The translations under genes were made by a program, and so were the position numbers. The notes below the pieces were generated by a model. That model saw only the letters and a list, made by a program, of their open reading frames with translations, ran no database searches and was not told the origin of the DNA. Of a stretch of DNA of 64,000 nt, positions 56,246 to 64,000 are shown one piece after another. Where the stretch lies: positions 2,748 to 66,747 of the forward strand of contig JAYSLY010000014.1 of the NCBI GenBank assembly GCA_043725085.1, read 5' to 3'. The DNA comes from a bacterium. Its GTDB lineage: Bacteria; Patescibacteriota; Minisyncoccia; Moranbacterales; UBA2206. The stretch's first letter is position 1; every line of letters starts with the position of its first letter.

Positions 56246-56581
56246 TTATTTTTCAAATTGATCAACAATCCCGTTTTTATTATCATCCACCACAATATAT
56301 ATCTCAGGAATATTCGGGTGCGGATCATTTCCGTCCAACAGTCCGTCCCCATCGCTGTCTTTTTGGACTGTGGTTTTCGTGACCACATCCGTTGTTACTT
56401 TTGTCTCGGTTTTGGTCGATCCGCTGCCGGAACTGGAGGAGTTTGCGCTGGTTGATTTGGTCACCGTAGGTTGATCTTCTTTACCCACCTCATTATCATC
56501 CGCCAAAATAAATCTTACCGCAATCAGAGAAGTTACTCCAGCTAAGAAAAGTATTAAATAAAATTTAATATTTTTTTGCAT
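56246..56581 (-). CDS. small membrane-anchored Ser/Thr-rich protein with TSP3-like Ca-binding motif
   Basis: An N-terminal TM segment is followed by an S/T-rich linker and a DSDGDGLLDGNDPHPN motif. Confidence 0.35.
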   Translation of the reverse strand: MQKNIKFYLILFLAGVTSLIAVRFILADDNEVGKEDQPTVTKSTSANSSSSGSGSTKTETKVTTDVVTKTTVQKDSDGDGLLDGNDPHPNIPEIYIVVDDNKNGIVDQFEK

Positions 56582-56585
56582 ATAT

Positions 56586-56921
56586 TTATGATTTTTTTGT
56601 TGTACGACTGCTAGATTTGCTCGAGCTGCTTGATGAATTTGTCGAAGTTGGTTTGGTCACTGCCGTCGTAGTTGTTGTTGTCACTTGCTGTGTTTTTAGG
56701 GCCTGCGGGGTATTATTCAGTTGACGCAATTTATTTTCCCGATCAGTCGAGATCATATTTTGGGCATCGAGCACCTTTTGGTCAATCGGGGCAAGAATCG
56801 ATTCTGTGCTAGTTTCAGTCGCCAAGTTTTTCCGATCTTGTTCTTTGATTATCAAAACAGCAACCACCATCAGTAAAATATTAACAACAAAGATCAGAAC
56901 CTTATGAAGATGTTTTTGCAT
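56586..56921 (-). CDS. small membrane-anchored Ser/Thr-rich protein
   Basis: An N-terminal TM segment is followed by a poly-T/S low-complexity tail; it has an MQK start and the same architecture as its neighbour. Confidence 0.3.
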   Translation of the reverse strand: MQKHLHKVLIFVVNILLMVVAVLIIKEQDRKNLATETSTESILAPIDQKVLDAQNMISTDRENKLRQLNNTPQALKTQQVTTTTTTAVTKPTSTNSSSSSSKSSSRTTKKS

Positions 56922-57067
56922 AATTTATTTCAATTAGCCAATTAAACCAAGGTTTCGTGAATTATACCCCCGGCTCGTAAACTTGTAAACGCGCGCGCAG
57001 TACTCGATTAGAAACGCAATTTACCACAGCTTATTATTTCATTATAAAGACACCCTTTATGGCGTCT

Positions 57068-57772
57068 TTATCTGCGGATTCCCATTTCCTCGAAGTTTTT
57101 TTCAATCGACTTTTTAATTTTTTCCAAATCAATCTTTTTGCCTTTAGTTTTCTTTTTTAAGTTCTTATCCAAAATCACATCTTCGCGATATTCCTGGAGA
57201 TAATAGGCACGTGAGCCCGAGAGCCATTTGGCAATTTCCAAAAAATCTTTTTCCGTGTGGATTCCCGGCACAACCGTGGTGCGAAATTCATAGGACAGAC
57301 GACTGTTTCTGATGAGCTCCACGCTAAGTTTTATGCGCTCCGTGTCCACTTTCACGCCCACCGTTTCGCTGTAACGCGCAAGTTGATTTTTAATATCCAT
57401 CGCCACAAAATCCAGCAGTTTCAAATCCAAGAGTTTTTTCAAAATATCCGGCCGCGCCCCATTCGTGTCAAGCTTAATTCGAAATCCCAATGCACGGACT
57501 TTCTTTATGAAATCAATAAGATCCGGCTGCAAAGTCGGCTCCCCTCCTGTGATGCAAACGCCTTCCAATTTTCCCTTTCGCTTTTTGAGAAATTCAAAAA
57601 ATTCCTGTTCCGTTTTATTTTCCGTTCCTGAAGCAATTTGACCCGCACCCAAAACTAATTCCGGGTTATGACAAAATGGGCAACGAAAATTACAACCCAC
57701 AGTAAAAACAGTGGCCGCCAGAGTTCCCGGAAAGTCAATTAAAGTTAATTTTTGATAGCCGCCGATGTTCAT
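57068..57772 (-). CDS. nrdG: anaerobic ribonucleoside-triphosphate reductase activating protein (radical SAM)
   Basis: It has the cluster motif CNFRCPFCHN and is adjacent to nrdD. Confidence 0.8.
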   Translation of the reverse strand: MNIGGYQKLTLIDFPGTLAATVFTVGCNFRCPFCHNPELVLGAGQIASGTENKTEQEFFEFLKKRKGKLEGVCITGGEPTLQPDLIDFIKKVRALGFRIKLDTNGARPDILKKLLDLKLLDFVAMDIKNQLARYSETVGVKVDTERIKLSVELIRNSRLSYEFRTTVVPGIHTEKDFLEIAKWLSGSRAYYLQEYREDVILDKNLKKKTKGKKIDLEKIKKSIEKNFEEMGIRR

Positions 57773-57832
57773 GAGTTAAAATTCAGGGCAATCCCGTCAA
57801 AAAAACAAGATTGCCCCACTATCTTTCTTTAT

Positions 57833-58096
57833 TTAGCAAACGCAGGTTGCATCCCCTAGCTTGAATTCCTTGCGATCAGAAAATTCTGCCTGTTTGCCTC
57901 CGTTCCATTGCGCGACTGGACGAATGTAACCCACGACGCGCGAATAGACTTCCGTTCTTTGAAAATTGCGAAGAACCGGATCTGCCTCGTGACAACTCTT
58001 ACATTTGCAAAACTCACCGCTTTCGGAAGCATAATTCATAAATTCTTCGTTCATCTTGAGCTCTCGGCCACAGTCGTGGCATATTTGTTTTTGCAT
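57833..58096 (-). CDS. mini NrdD-C-terminal paralog: zinc-ribbon + glycyl-radical motif protein (candidate glycyl-radical spare part)
   Basis: The 87-aa ORF has Cys pairs CHDCG...CKCKSC followed by TEVYSRVVGYIRPVAQWNGGKQAEFSDRKEF. This is ~97% identical to the NrdD C-terminus, with ~84% DNA identity over ~95 bp (57866..57960 vs 58163..58257). Confidence 0.55.
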   Translation of the reverse strand: MQKQICHDCGRELKMNEEFMNYASESGEFCKCKSCHEADPVLRNFQRTEVYSRVVGYIRPVAQWNGGKQAEFSDRKEFKLGDATCVC

Positions 58097-58133
58097 ATTG
58101 TTTTTATTATTGATTATTTTATTTTAAATTTAA

Positions 58134-60365
58134 CTAGTTTTTATTGTTCTCCACCTTAAACTCCTTACGATCGTCAAATTCTGCCTGTTTCCCTCCGTTC
58201 CATTGTGCGACTGGGCGGATATAGCCCACAACACGGGAATAGACTTCGGTTTTTTGTTCCATCACGCATTTCGGACAAAATGGATGCTCGCCGTTGATGT
58301 AGCCATGCACCGGGCAAATGCTGAAAGTTGGCGTGAGCGTGAAATACGGTAAAGAATAATTTTCAGCAATTTTTCGCACTAACTGTTTGGTTGTTTCAAT
58401 GTCCCAAATTCGCTCCCCCAAAAATCCATGCAAAACTGTCCCCCCTGTATACTTCGTTTGCAATTTGTCTTGCAAATCAAGCGCTTCAAAAATATCTTCA
58501 GTATGATGCACCGGCAGCTGCGACGAATTGGTATAATACGGCTCAGCATTTTTCTCTTTAACATTCTGATCGTTGGCAAAAATAATTTCCGGATATTTTT
58601 TGCGATCAATTCTGGCCAGGCGGTAGGATGTGCCTTCGGCCGGCGTAGCTTCCAGGTTGTAGAGATTGCCAGTTTCTTTTTGATATCCGATAATTCTTTG
58701 GCGCATGTGCGAGAGAATTTCTTCGGCCAATTTCTGTCCCGCTTGAGTTGTGATATCTTTACCGATTAGATTCACTAGCGCTTCATTCATCCCCACAAGA
58801 CCAATGGTTGAGAAATGATTGGCCCAATACTGCCCGCGACGCATCTTGATTGGAGCAAGATAGAATTTAGTGTAGGGATAGAGTCCGCCTTCAGTCAGTT
58901 TTTCCACCATCGTTCTTTTGGTTTCCAAACTTTCCCTCGCTAAATCCATGAGGTGGTTTAGTTGTTTTAGGAATTCTTTTTTATTCTTCGCCACATGTCC
59001 CACGCGCGGCATGTTAATTGTTACCACACCGACTGAGCCGGTGAGCGGATTGGCCCCAAACAGTCCGCCGCCACGCTTGTGAAGTTCGCGATTATCCAAA
59101 CGCAGCCGGCAACACATTGAGCGCGCATCATCCGGATCCATGTCAGAATTCACGAAATTAGCAAAGTATGGGATGCCATATTTAGCCGTCATTTCCCAAA
59201 TCGCGTCAAACCGCCTGTCCGTCCAATCAAAATCCTTGCCAATGTTATAGGTCGGAATCGGAAAAGTGAAAATTCGCCCATTCGCATCCCCCTCTGTCAT
59301 CACTTCCGCAAAAGCGCGGTTAATCATATTCATCTCTTCTTGAAATTCACCATAGGTTTCCTTTTGAGGAAAACCGCCAAAAATCACCGCTTCGTTTTTG
59401 AGATTCTTGGGACAAGTAATGTCCATCGTAATATTGGAAAATGGCGTTTGAAATCCCACGCGAGTAGAAACATTCATATTGAACACGTAGGACTGAATTT
59501 CTTGTTTCACTTGATCATAGGTCAATTTGTCATAGCGAATGAAAGGAGCCAGTAGTGTGTCAAAATTGGAAAATGCTTGCGCGCCAGCCACTTCGCCCTG
59601 GGTTGTGTATGTGAAATTCACCATCTGTCCCAAAATTGAACCCAAATGTTTGGCCGGTTTGCAGGCCACTTTTCCCGGCACGCCAGTGAAACCACGCCTG
59701 AGCAGATCTTGCAGATCCCAACCGCAACAATAGGCGGCGAGGAGTTGCAAATCGTGGATGTGAAAATCTCCGCCTTCATGCGCTTCGCGAATCTCTTTCG
59801 TGTACACCCGATTCATCCAATATTTCGAACTGACGATTGATGAAATATAGTTATTCAAACCCTGGAGAGAATAGGCCATATTGGCATTTTCTTTCACCTT
59901 CCAATCAATTTCTTGAATATATTTATCCACCAAATTAACTGCTTCGTCCAGCGATTCTTGCGCCTCACGATTTTTTCTGTGCTGTTCGCGATAAAGTATA
60001 TAGGCCTTAGCCGTTTCTTCAAAATCCAAAATCATGAGCACTCTTTCCACAAGATCTTGAATCTCTTCAATTTCCGGCACATAACCTTCTTTGTGTTTTC
60101 TCCCCAAGAGCTTTACTACTTTTTCAGTTACTTTTTTAGCATCATCCAAAGTGCCTTCTTTGGTTGAAGTGAGAGCCTTAGCCACACCTTTTGCAATCTT
60201 GCTCTCGTCGAAATTTGCAATAACGCCATTGCGCTTGATAACTTTTTTAATTTTGATTTCGTCTTTCTTTACTTCTTTTTTTACGATTCTAACTACCGCT
60301 TTCTTAGCAGCCTTCGCTTTTTTTGCACCATTCCCCTTTCCCCCTTTTTTCATTTTTGTTTTCAT
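58134..60365 (-). CDS. nrdD: anaerobic ribonucleoside-triphosphate reductase (class III) with Lys-rich N-terminal extension and ATP-cone
   Basis: The 743-aa ORF has an ATP-cone (VIKRNGVIANFDESKI), a C-terminal Zn ribbon (CPVHGY...CPKC) and the glycyl-radical motif SRVVGYIRP. Its first ~45 aa are about 50% Lys (MKTKMKKGGKGNGAKKAKAAKK...). Confidence 0.9.
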   Translation of the reverse strand: MKTKMKKGGKGNGAKKAKAAKKAVVRIVKKEVKKDEIKIKKVIKRNGVIANFDESKIAKGVAKALTSTKEGTLDDAKKVTEKVVKLLGRKHKEGYVPEIEEIQDLVERVLMILDFEETAKAYILYREQHRKNREAQESLDEAVNLVDKYIQEIDWKVKENANMAYSLQGLNNYISSIVSSKYWMNRVYTKEIREAHEGGDFHIHDLQLLAAYCCGWDLQDLLRRGFTGVPGKVACKPAKHLGSILGQMVNFTYTTQGEVAGAQAFSNFDTLLAPFIRYDKLTYDQVKQEIQSYVFNMNVSTRVGFQTPFSNITMDITCPKNLKNEAVIFGGFPQKETYGEFQEEMNMINRAFAEVMTEGDANGRIFTFPIPTYNIGKDFDWTDRRFDAIWEMTAKYGIPYFANFVNSDMDPDDARSMCCRLRLDNRELHKRGGGLFGANPLTGSVGVVTINMPRVGHVAKNKKEFLKQLNHLMDLARESLETKRTMVEKLTEGGLYPYTKFYLAPIKMRRGQYWANHFSTIGLVGMNEALVNLIGKDITTQAGQKLAEEILSHMRQRIIGYQKETGNLYNLEATPAEGTSYRLARIDRKKYPEIIFANDQNVKEKNAEPYYTNSSQLPVHHTEDIFEALDLQDKLQTKYTGGTVLHGFLGERIWDIETTKQLVRKIAENYSLPYFTLTPTFSICPVHGYINGEHPFCPKCVMEQKTEVYSRVVGYIRPVAQWNGGKQAEFDDRKEFKVENNKN

Positions 60366-60406
60366 ACGGTTTTTGTTTATCCCCCGACAATTTAATTAAA
60401 AAATTT

Positions 60407-60856
60407 TTATTTATCAAACGTATCCAACTCTTTTTTGAAACTCTCCACGCTGGCAAATGATTTGTAGACGCTGGCAAATCTGACATAGGCCACTTCATCC
60501 AGTTCGCGCAGTTTCTTGAGAATGATTTTGCCGATTTCTTTTGAAGTAATTTCCGGTTTTTCTTTCGAACTGATTTCATATTCCACCTCTCCGATAAACT
60601 GCGTAATTTTTTCCTCTGTCACCGGACGCTTTTCAAGTGCTTTTCTCACACCGGTTTCGATTTTCGATTTGTCATAGTCCACTTTGAGACCATTCTTTTT
60701 GAGCACGCTCAGCCGCAAAAGCTCTATCTCTTCATAGGTGCTGAAACGCGACTCGCATTTCAGACATTCCCGACGCCGGCGCGTGATCTTGCCTTCATTG
60801 GTTTCTCGCGAATCAACCACCTTGGTTTCTGTGTTATTGCAAAACGGGCAATTCAT
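60407..60856 (-). CDS. nrdR: transcriptional repressor NrdR
   Basis: It has an N-terminal zinc ribbon (MNCPFCNN...CLKC) and an ATP-cone. The start was set at MNCPFC. Confidence 0.85.
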   Translation of the reverse strand: MNCPFCNNTETKVVDSRETNEGKITRRRRECLKCESRFSTYEEIELLRLSVLKKNGLKVDYDKSKIETGVRKALEKRPVTEEKITQFIGEVEYEISSKEKPEITSKEIGKIILKKLRELDEVAYVRFASVYKSFASVESFKKELDTFDK

Positions 60857-60991
60857 ACTTTTTTCTCTTTTTATACTATATATAGTGTAACGCAATAGAA
60901 TTATACCACAATGAGAATTAATGCCAAGGGGTATATTTTAAGCCAAAAAGAAGAGTTATCCACAGGAGGGATTTTGTAAATAAATTATAAC

Positions 60992-63184
60992 CTACTTCGA
61001 AACCCGAAGACTATTCAGGACAACCGAGACTGAACTAAATGACATTGCCGCGGCGGCAATTGCCGGGGTGAGAAAACCGAGCATCGCGAGTGGAATGGCG
61101 ACGATGTTATAGAAAAAAGCCCAAAACAAATTTTGCCTAATCGCGCGGAAGGTTTTGCGGGAAATCAGAATCGCTTCTATCACTTTTTTGAGACTGTTTT
61201 CCAGCATCACAATTTGCCCCGCTTCCTTGGCAATATCCATCGCGCTTCCCATGGCAATCCCGAGATCGGCTTGGATGAGACTTGGGGCATCATTAATTCC
61301 GTCACCGATAAAGATGACTTTTTCGCCTTGCAGTTGAAATTTCTTGATCACTTCCAATTTCTCATGTGGCAAAACATCAGCGATAATATTATCAATCCCC
61401 AAATCCTTTGCTACCGCCTGCGCCACAACCATACGATCCCCCGTAATCATTCCGATTTTCATGTGCATTTTTTTGAGCGTTTTCACTACTTCCTTTGCTT
61501 CATCGCGAATCTCATCTTCAATAAGAAATGCTCCAAGCACCACACCGTCACACGCTACAAAAAGAAGCGCTCCTGCCTGATTTTTTGGGTCTTTTTCCAT
61601 TTCAGCAATCCACGAGCTCGCAAGCTTGTTTTCTGTGATAATCTTAGCATTACCCAAAAAAACTTCTCTGCGCTTATCATCCACACCGGAAAGCCCCCGA
61701 CCTTTATGCTCCTTGCTGTCACTAACTCTTTTGCCATCTGCCACTAAATTCAAACTATTGGCATAGGCTACGATTGCCTTGGAATAGGGATGTTCGGAAT
61801 TAAGCGCAAGATTGTGCGCAAGAGCCAACAAGTCGGCGTCAATATTTTTCGCTTGGGGATTTCTCAATATTTCCCTTACAACCGGCTTGCCCTTGGTCAA
61901 TGTTCCTGTTTTATCAAAAATGACCATCGATATGTCCTTTATCCGTTCAAAACTTTCTCCGCTTTTGAAAAGAATTCCTTGCTTTGCTCCACGTCCTGCC
62001 CCCACCATAATCGCGGTTGGCGTCGCAAGGCCAAGAGCGCATGGGCAAGCAATAACCAGTACGGAAACAGCATAAATAACTGCTCTGGTCATATCGTGCG
62101 CGAAAAATGACCAGCTCAAAAAAGTGAAAAGAGCGAGCACAAGCACAGTTGGCACAAAAATTCTTGAAGCTTTATCTGCCAATTTTTGAATCGGCGTTTT
62201 GGAATTTTGCGCTTCTTCGACCGTCCTGATAATTTGTGCCAAAGCCGTTCCCTCGCCGGTTTGCGAAACGCGCACTTTGAGAATTCCGTCTTCATTAAGC
62301 ATGGCACCAAAAACGTAATCACCTTTTTTTTTCTCTACTAAAAGTGACTCGCCCGTGAGCATTGACTCGTCAACTGCTGAACGCCCTTCCAGGACATAGC
62401 CATCCAGCGGAATCTTCTCACCCGGTCGCACCACCACAACATCTCCAATCTTAAGCTCAGAAATTTCCACTTCTCTCTCTTCTCCGCCAACAAGAATGCG
62501 CGCCCGCTTTGCTCCCAGTTCCATTAGTTTTCGCATTGCTTCTCCCGTCTTTTGCACACTAATATCTTCCAAATATTTTCCCAAAAGAATAAAAATAATA
62601 ATCACCGCTGCTGTTTCGAAATATTCTTTTTGCCCATAAAAAACTGCCCAGAGACTGAAAAAATAGGCCACCAAAGTTCCCATAGAAATCAAGCTATCCA
62701 TATTAGCTTCCTTTTTTTTCGCCTGGAGGTAAGCCATACGATGAAAGGGCCAACCCAAGATAAACACAACAAAAGTTGCCAAAAATATGTGTACCCACAT
62801 TACAAAATCAATTCCCAAAAGCATTACTCCGGATTTATACTTAAAAAACATGCCGAGAAGAATGGGAAAGGAAAAAATTATGGCCAACACAAGCCGCACT
62901 TTCACATTGCCAAAAAGTTCATTTTTATACTGAGCATATTTATTGATAATCTGATATTTCCGCACACGATCACCGCCAATCCCATAGCCATTGGAAAGAA
63001 TAATTTTTTTAACTTCCGCTTCGCTTAGCAGCTTGTCATCATATTCCACAAAGGCTTTTTTCGTAGCAAAATTAACAGCGGCTTTTTTAATTCCCAAAGT
63101 CTTAGCAAGCACCCGTTCATTACTCGCGCTGCAACTCGCACAAGTCATCCCGGTTATCTCAAAAATGATTTTTTTCGTTGGCAT
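60992..63184 (-). CDS. copA: copper-translocating P-type ATPase
   Basis: It has an N-terminal HMA motif (GMTCASC), CPC in TM6 ([10 protein letters not shown]), DKTGTLT and GDGINDAP motifs. Confidence 0.9.
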   Translation of the reverse strand: MPTKKIIFEITGMTCASCSASNERVLAKTLGIKKAAVNFATKKAFVEYDDKLLSEAEVKKIILSNGYGIGGDRVRKYQIINKYAQYKNELFGNVKVRLVLAIIFSFPILLGMFFKYKSGVMLLGIDFVMWVHIFLATFVVFILGWPFHRMAYLQAKKKEANMDSLISMGTLVAYFFSLWAVFYGQKEYFETAAVIIIFILLGKYLEDISVQKTGEAMRKLMELGAKRARILVGGEEREVEISELKIGDVVVVRPGEKIPLDGYVLEGRSAVDESMLTGESLLVEKKKGDYVFGAMLNEDGILKVRVSQTGEGTALAQIIRTVEEAQNSKTPIQKLADKASRIFVPTVLVLALFTFLSWSFFAHDMTRAVIYAVSVLVIACPCALGLATPTAIMVGAGRGAKQGILFKSGESFERIKDISMVIFDKTGTLTKGKPVVREILRNPQAKNIDADLLALAHNLALNSEHPYSKAIVAYANSLNLVADGKRVSDSKEHKGRGLSGVDDKRREVFLGNAKIITENKLASSWIAEMEKDPKNQAGALLFVACDGVVLGAFLIEDEIRDEAKEVVKTLKKMHMKIGMITGDRMVVAQAVAKDLGIDNIIADVLPHEKLEVIKKFQLQGEKVIFIGDGINDAPSLIQADLGIAMGSAMDIAKEAGQIVMLENSLKKVIEAILISRKTFRAIRQNLFWAFFYNIVAIPLAMLGFLTPAIAAAAMSFSSVSVVLNSLRVSK

Positions 63185-63329
63185 ATACTTCTTGAATTTG
63201 AAATTTTAAATTATAAATTTTAATTCAAATCTAAATTATTAAATTTTTAATTATCAATTATTCCTTTGAACATTTATTCATTTGACCTTGATTTTAAATT
63301 TCAGATTTAAAATTTAAAATTGCTTGGCA

Positions 63330-63989
63330 TTATTCCACAATAAATTTACCACGAACCATACCCATCCAGCAACTGAATGGAATTTCTTCGATTTTATCGG
63401 GAGTGAAGCTTATGACGTTATCCCCGGAACTGATACTCTCGGAAATTTTGAGACTCGGCACGATAATTTTGCTTGTACAACTTGTCACATTATCCCCTTT
63501 TACCACCCAGCGCACCTTCACGCCTTTTTTGATATGCAGCACGCTCGGTGAAAATCCGGCATTAGTCACATGCATTTCCACCACTTGCTCCGCCACATCA
63601 TTTGCCACGCTTTTCACCTGTTCTTTTTGACTATTTTGATTGCCAAAAACATTGCCGGATGCGCCAATCAGCGCCAACCCGGAATTAAAAGCATAGAAAG
63701 CAAAAAGGATAATGAGCATCCCGGCTACTTTTTGAAAGATCGCCGCGTTTTTGCTCTTGCTCCAAGAAGTTGTCACCCCAAGTGCAAGAAGAGACGGCAC
63801 TGTGCCAAGCGCAAAGAAAAACATTCCCAGTCCCCCGCGCATAAAACTACCCGAAGTAATCGCGAGAATTTGCATGCTCTGCGTGAAACCGCAAGGCAAA
63901 AAGAAAGTCATCACACCCAAAAGAAACGGCGCCGCTGGGTTCTCTGATTGTTTCAACTTGCCCCACGGAGAGCTGAAAAATCTCGGCAT
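63330..63989 (-). CDS. membrane protein with C-terminal cupredoxin-like/metal-binding beta domain (N-terminus may lie beyond window)
   Basis: An N-terminal 4-TM region (TauE/CcdA-like, LPCGF) is followed by a C-terminal soluble domain with Cys/Met/His candidate ligands (FSCWMGM). It lies adjacent to copA. Confidence 0.35.
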   Translation of the reverse strand: MPRFFSSPWGKLKQSENPAAPFLLGVMTFFLPCGFTQSMQILAITSGSFMRGGLGMFFFALGTVPSLLALGVTTSWSKSKNAAIFQKVAGMLIILFAFYAFNSGLALIGASGNVFGNQNSQKEQVKSVANDVAEQVVEMHVTNAGFSPSVLHIKKGVKVRWVVKGDNVTSCTSKIIVPSLKISESISSGDNVISFTPDKIEEIPFSCWMGMVRGKFIVE

Positions 63990-64000
63990 TCGAAGTCCCA

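Noticed and set aside
63185-63329. An AT-rich region upstream of copA with imperfect inverted AATTT/AAATT repeats, considered as a metalloregulator operator (CopY/CsoR-type).
   Set aside because: The repeats are low-complexity and imperfect, there is no match to known CopY or CsoR boxes, and no regulator gene is adjacent. I could not support a specific site.

Overview
This 64-kb window is low-GC and gene-dense. From gene content it looks like a reduced-genome, probably anaerobic bacterium, likely of the CPR/Patescibacteria type, though that is an inference. Essentially every credible CDS lies on the minus strand; the only plus-strand features are a tRNA-Thr and a small Avd-like gene.

Gene content, from low to high coordinates:
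- A dTMP-synthesis module: a DHFR-family protein, thyA, dCMP deaminase and a P-loop kinase.
- Cell division and translation: ftsX, ftsE, and prfB with the conserved +1 programmed frameshift.
- A ZIP metal transporter, a rubrerythrin-like protein, tRNA-Thr(CGU) and ftsA.
- A ~35-kb cell-surface glycan/glycosylation locus (about 10.3-45.3 kb) with these parts:
  - Sugar-nucleotide genes: ugd, a UDP-xylose synthase, galE, gmd and fcl.
  - Glycosyltransferases: several GT2 and GT4 enzymes and a DPM1-like GT2.
  - Tandem ArnT/PMT-like GT-C paralogs and two very large polytopic membrane proteins.
  - Modification enzymes: two B12-binding radical SAM enzymes, an AsnB-type amidotransferase, two SAM methyltransferases and an acetyltransferase.
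  - Apparent insertions: a RhuM-family gene, and an AlbA_2/HATPase_c_4 gene flanked by 34-bp direct repeats.
- Housekeeping genes: rnc, nusB, rpmF and a cyclophilin.
- A comEC gene split by a frameshift in a poly-A tract.
- A complete diversity-generating retroelement (DGR): reverse transcriptase, Avd, a TR/VR pair with strictly adenine-specific differences, IMH, and a hairpin downstream of VR.
- DUF167 and STAS-like genes, then an ApbE plus ferric-reductase-like pair.
- nrdG, a mini-ORF duplicating the NrdD glycyl-radical C-terminus, nrdD, nrdR and copA.
- A membrane/cupredoxin-like protein truncated at the window edge.

The DGR is the most striking system here. The NrdD 'spare-part' mini-gene, the repeat-flanked insertion inside the glycan locus, and the comEC poly-A frameshift are the next most interesting.
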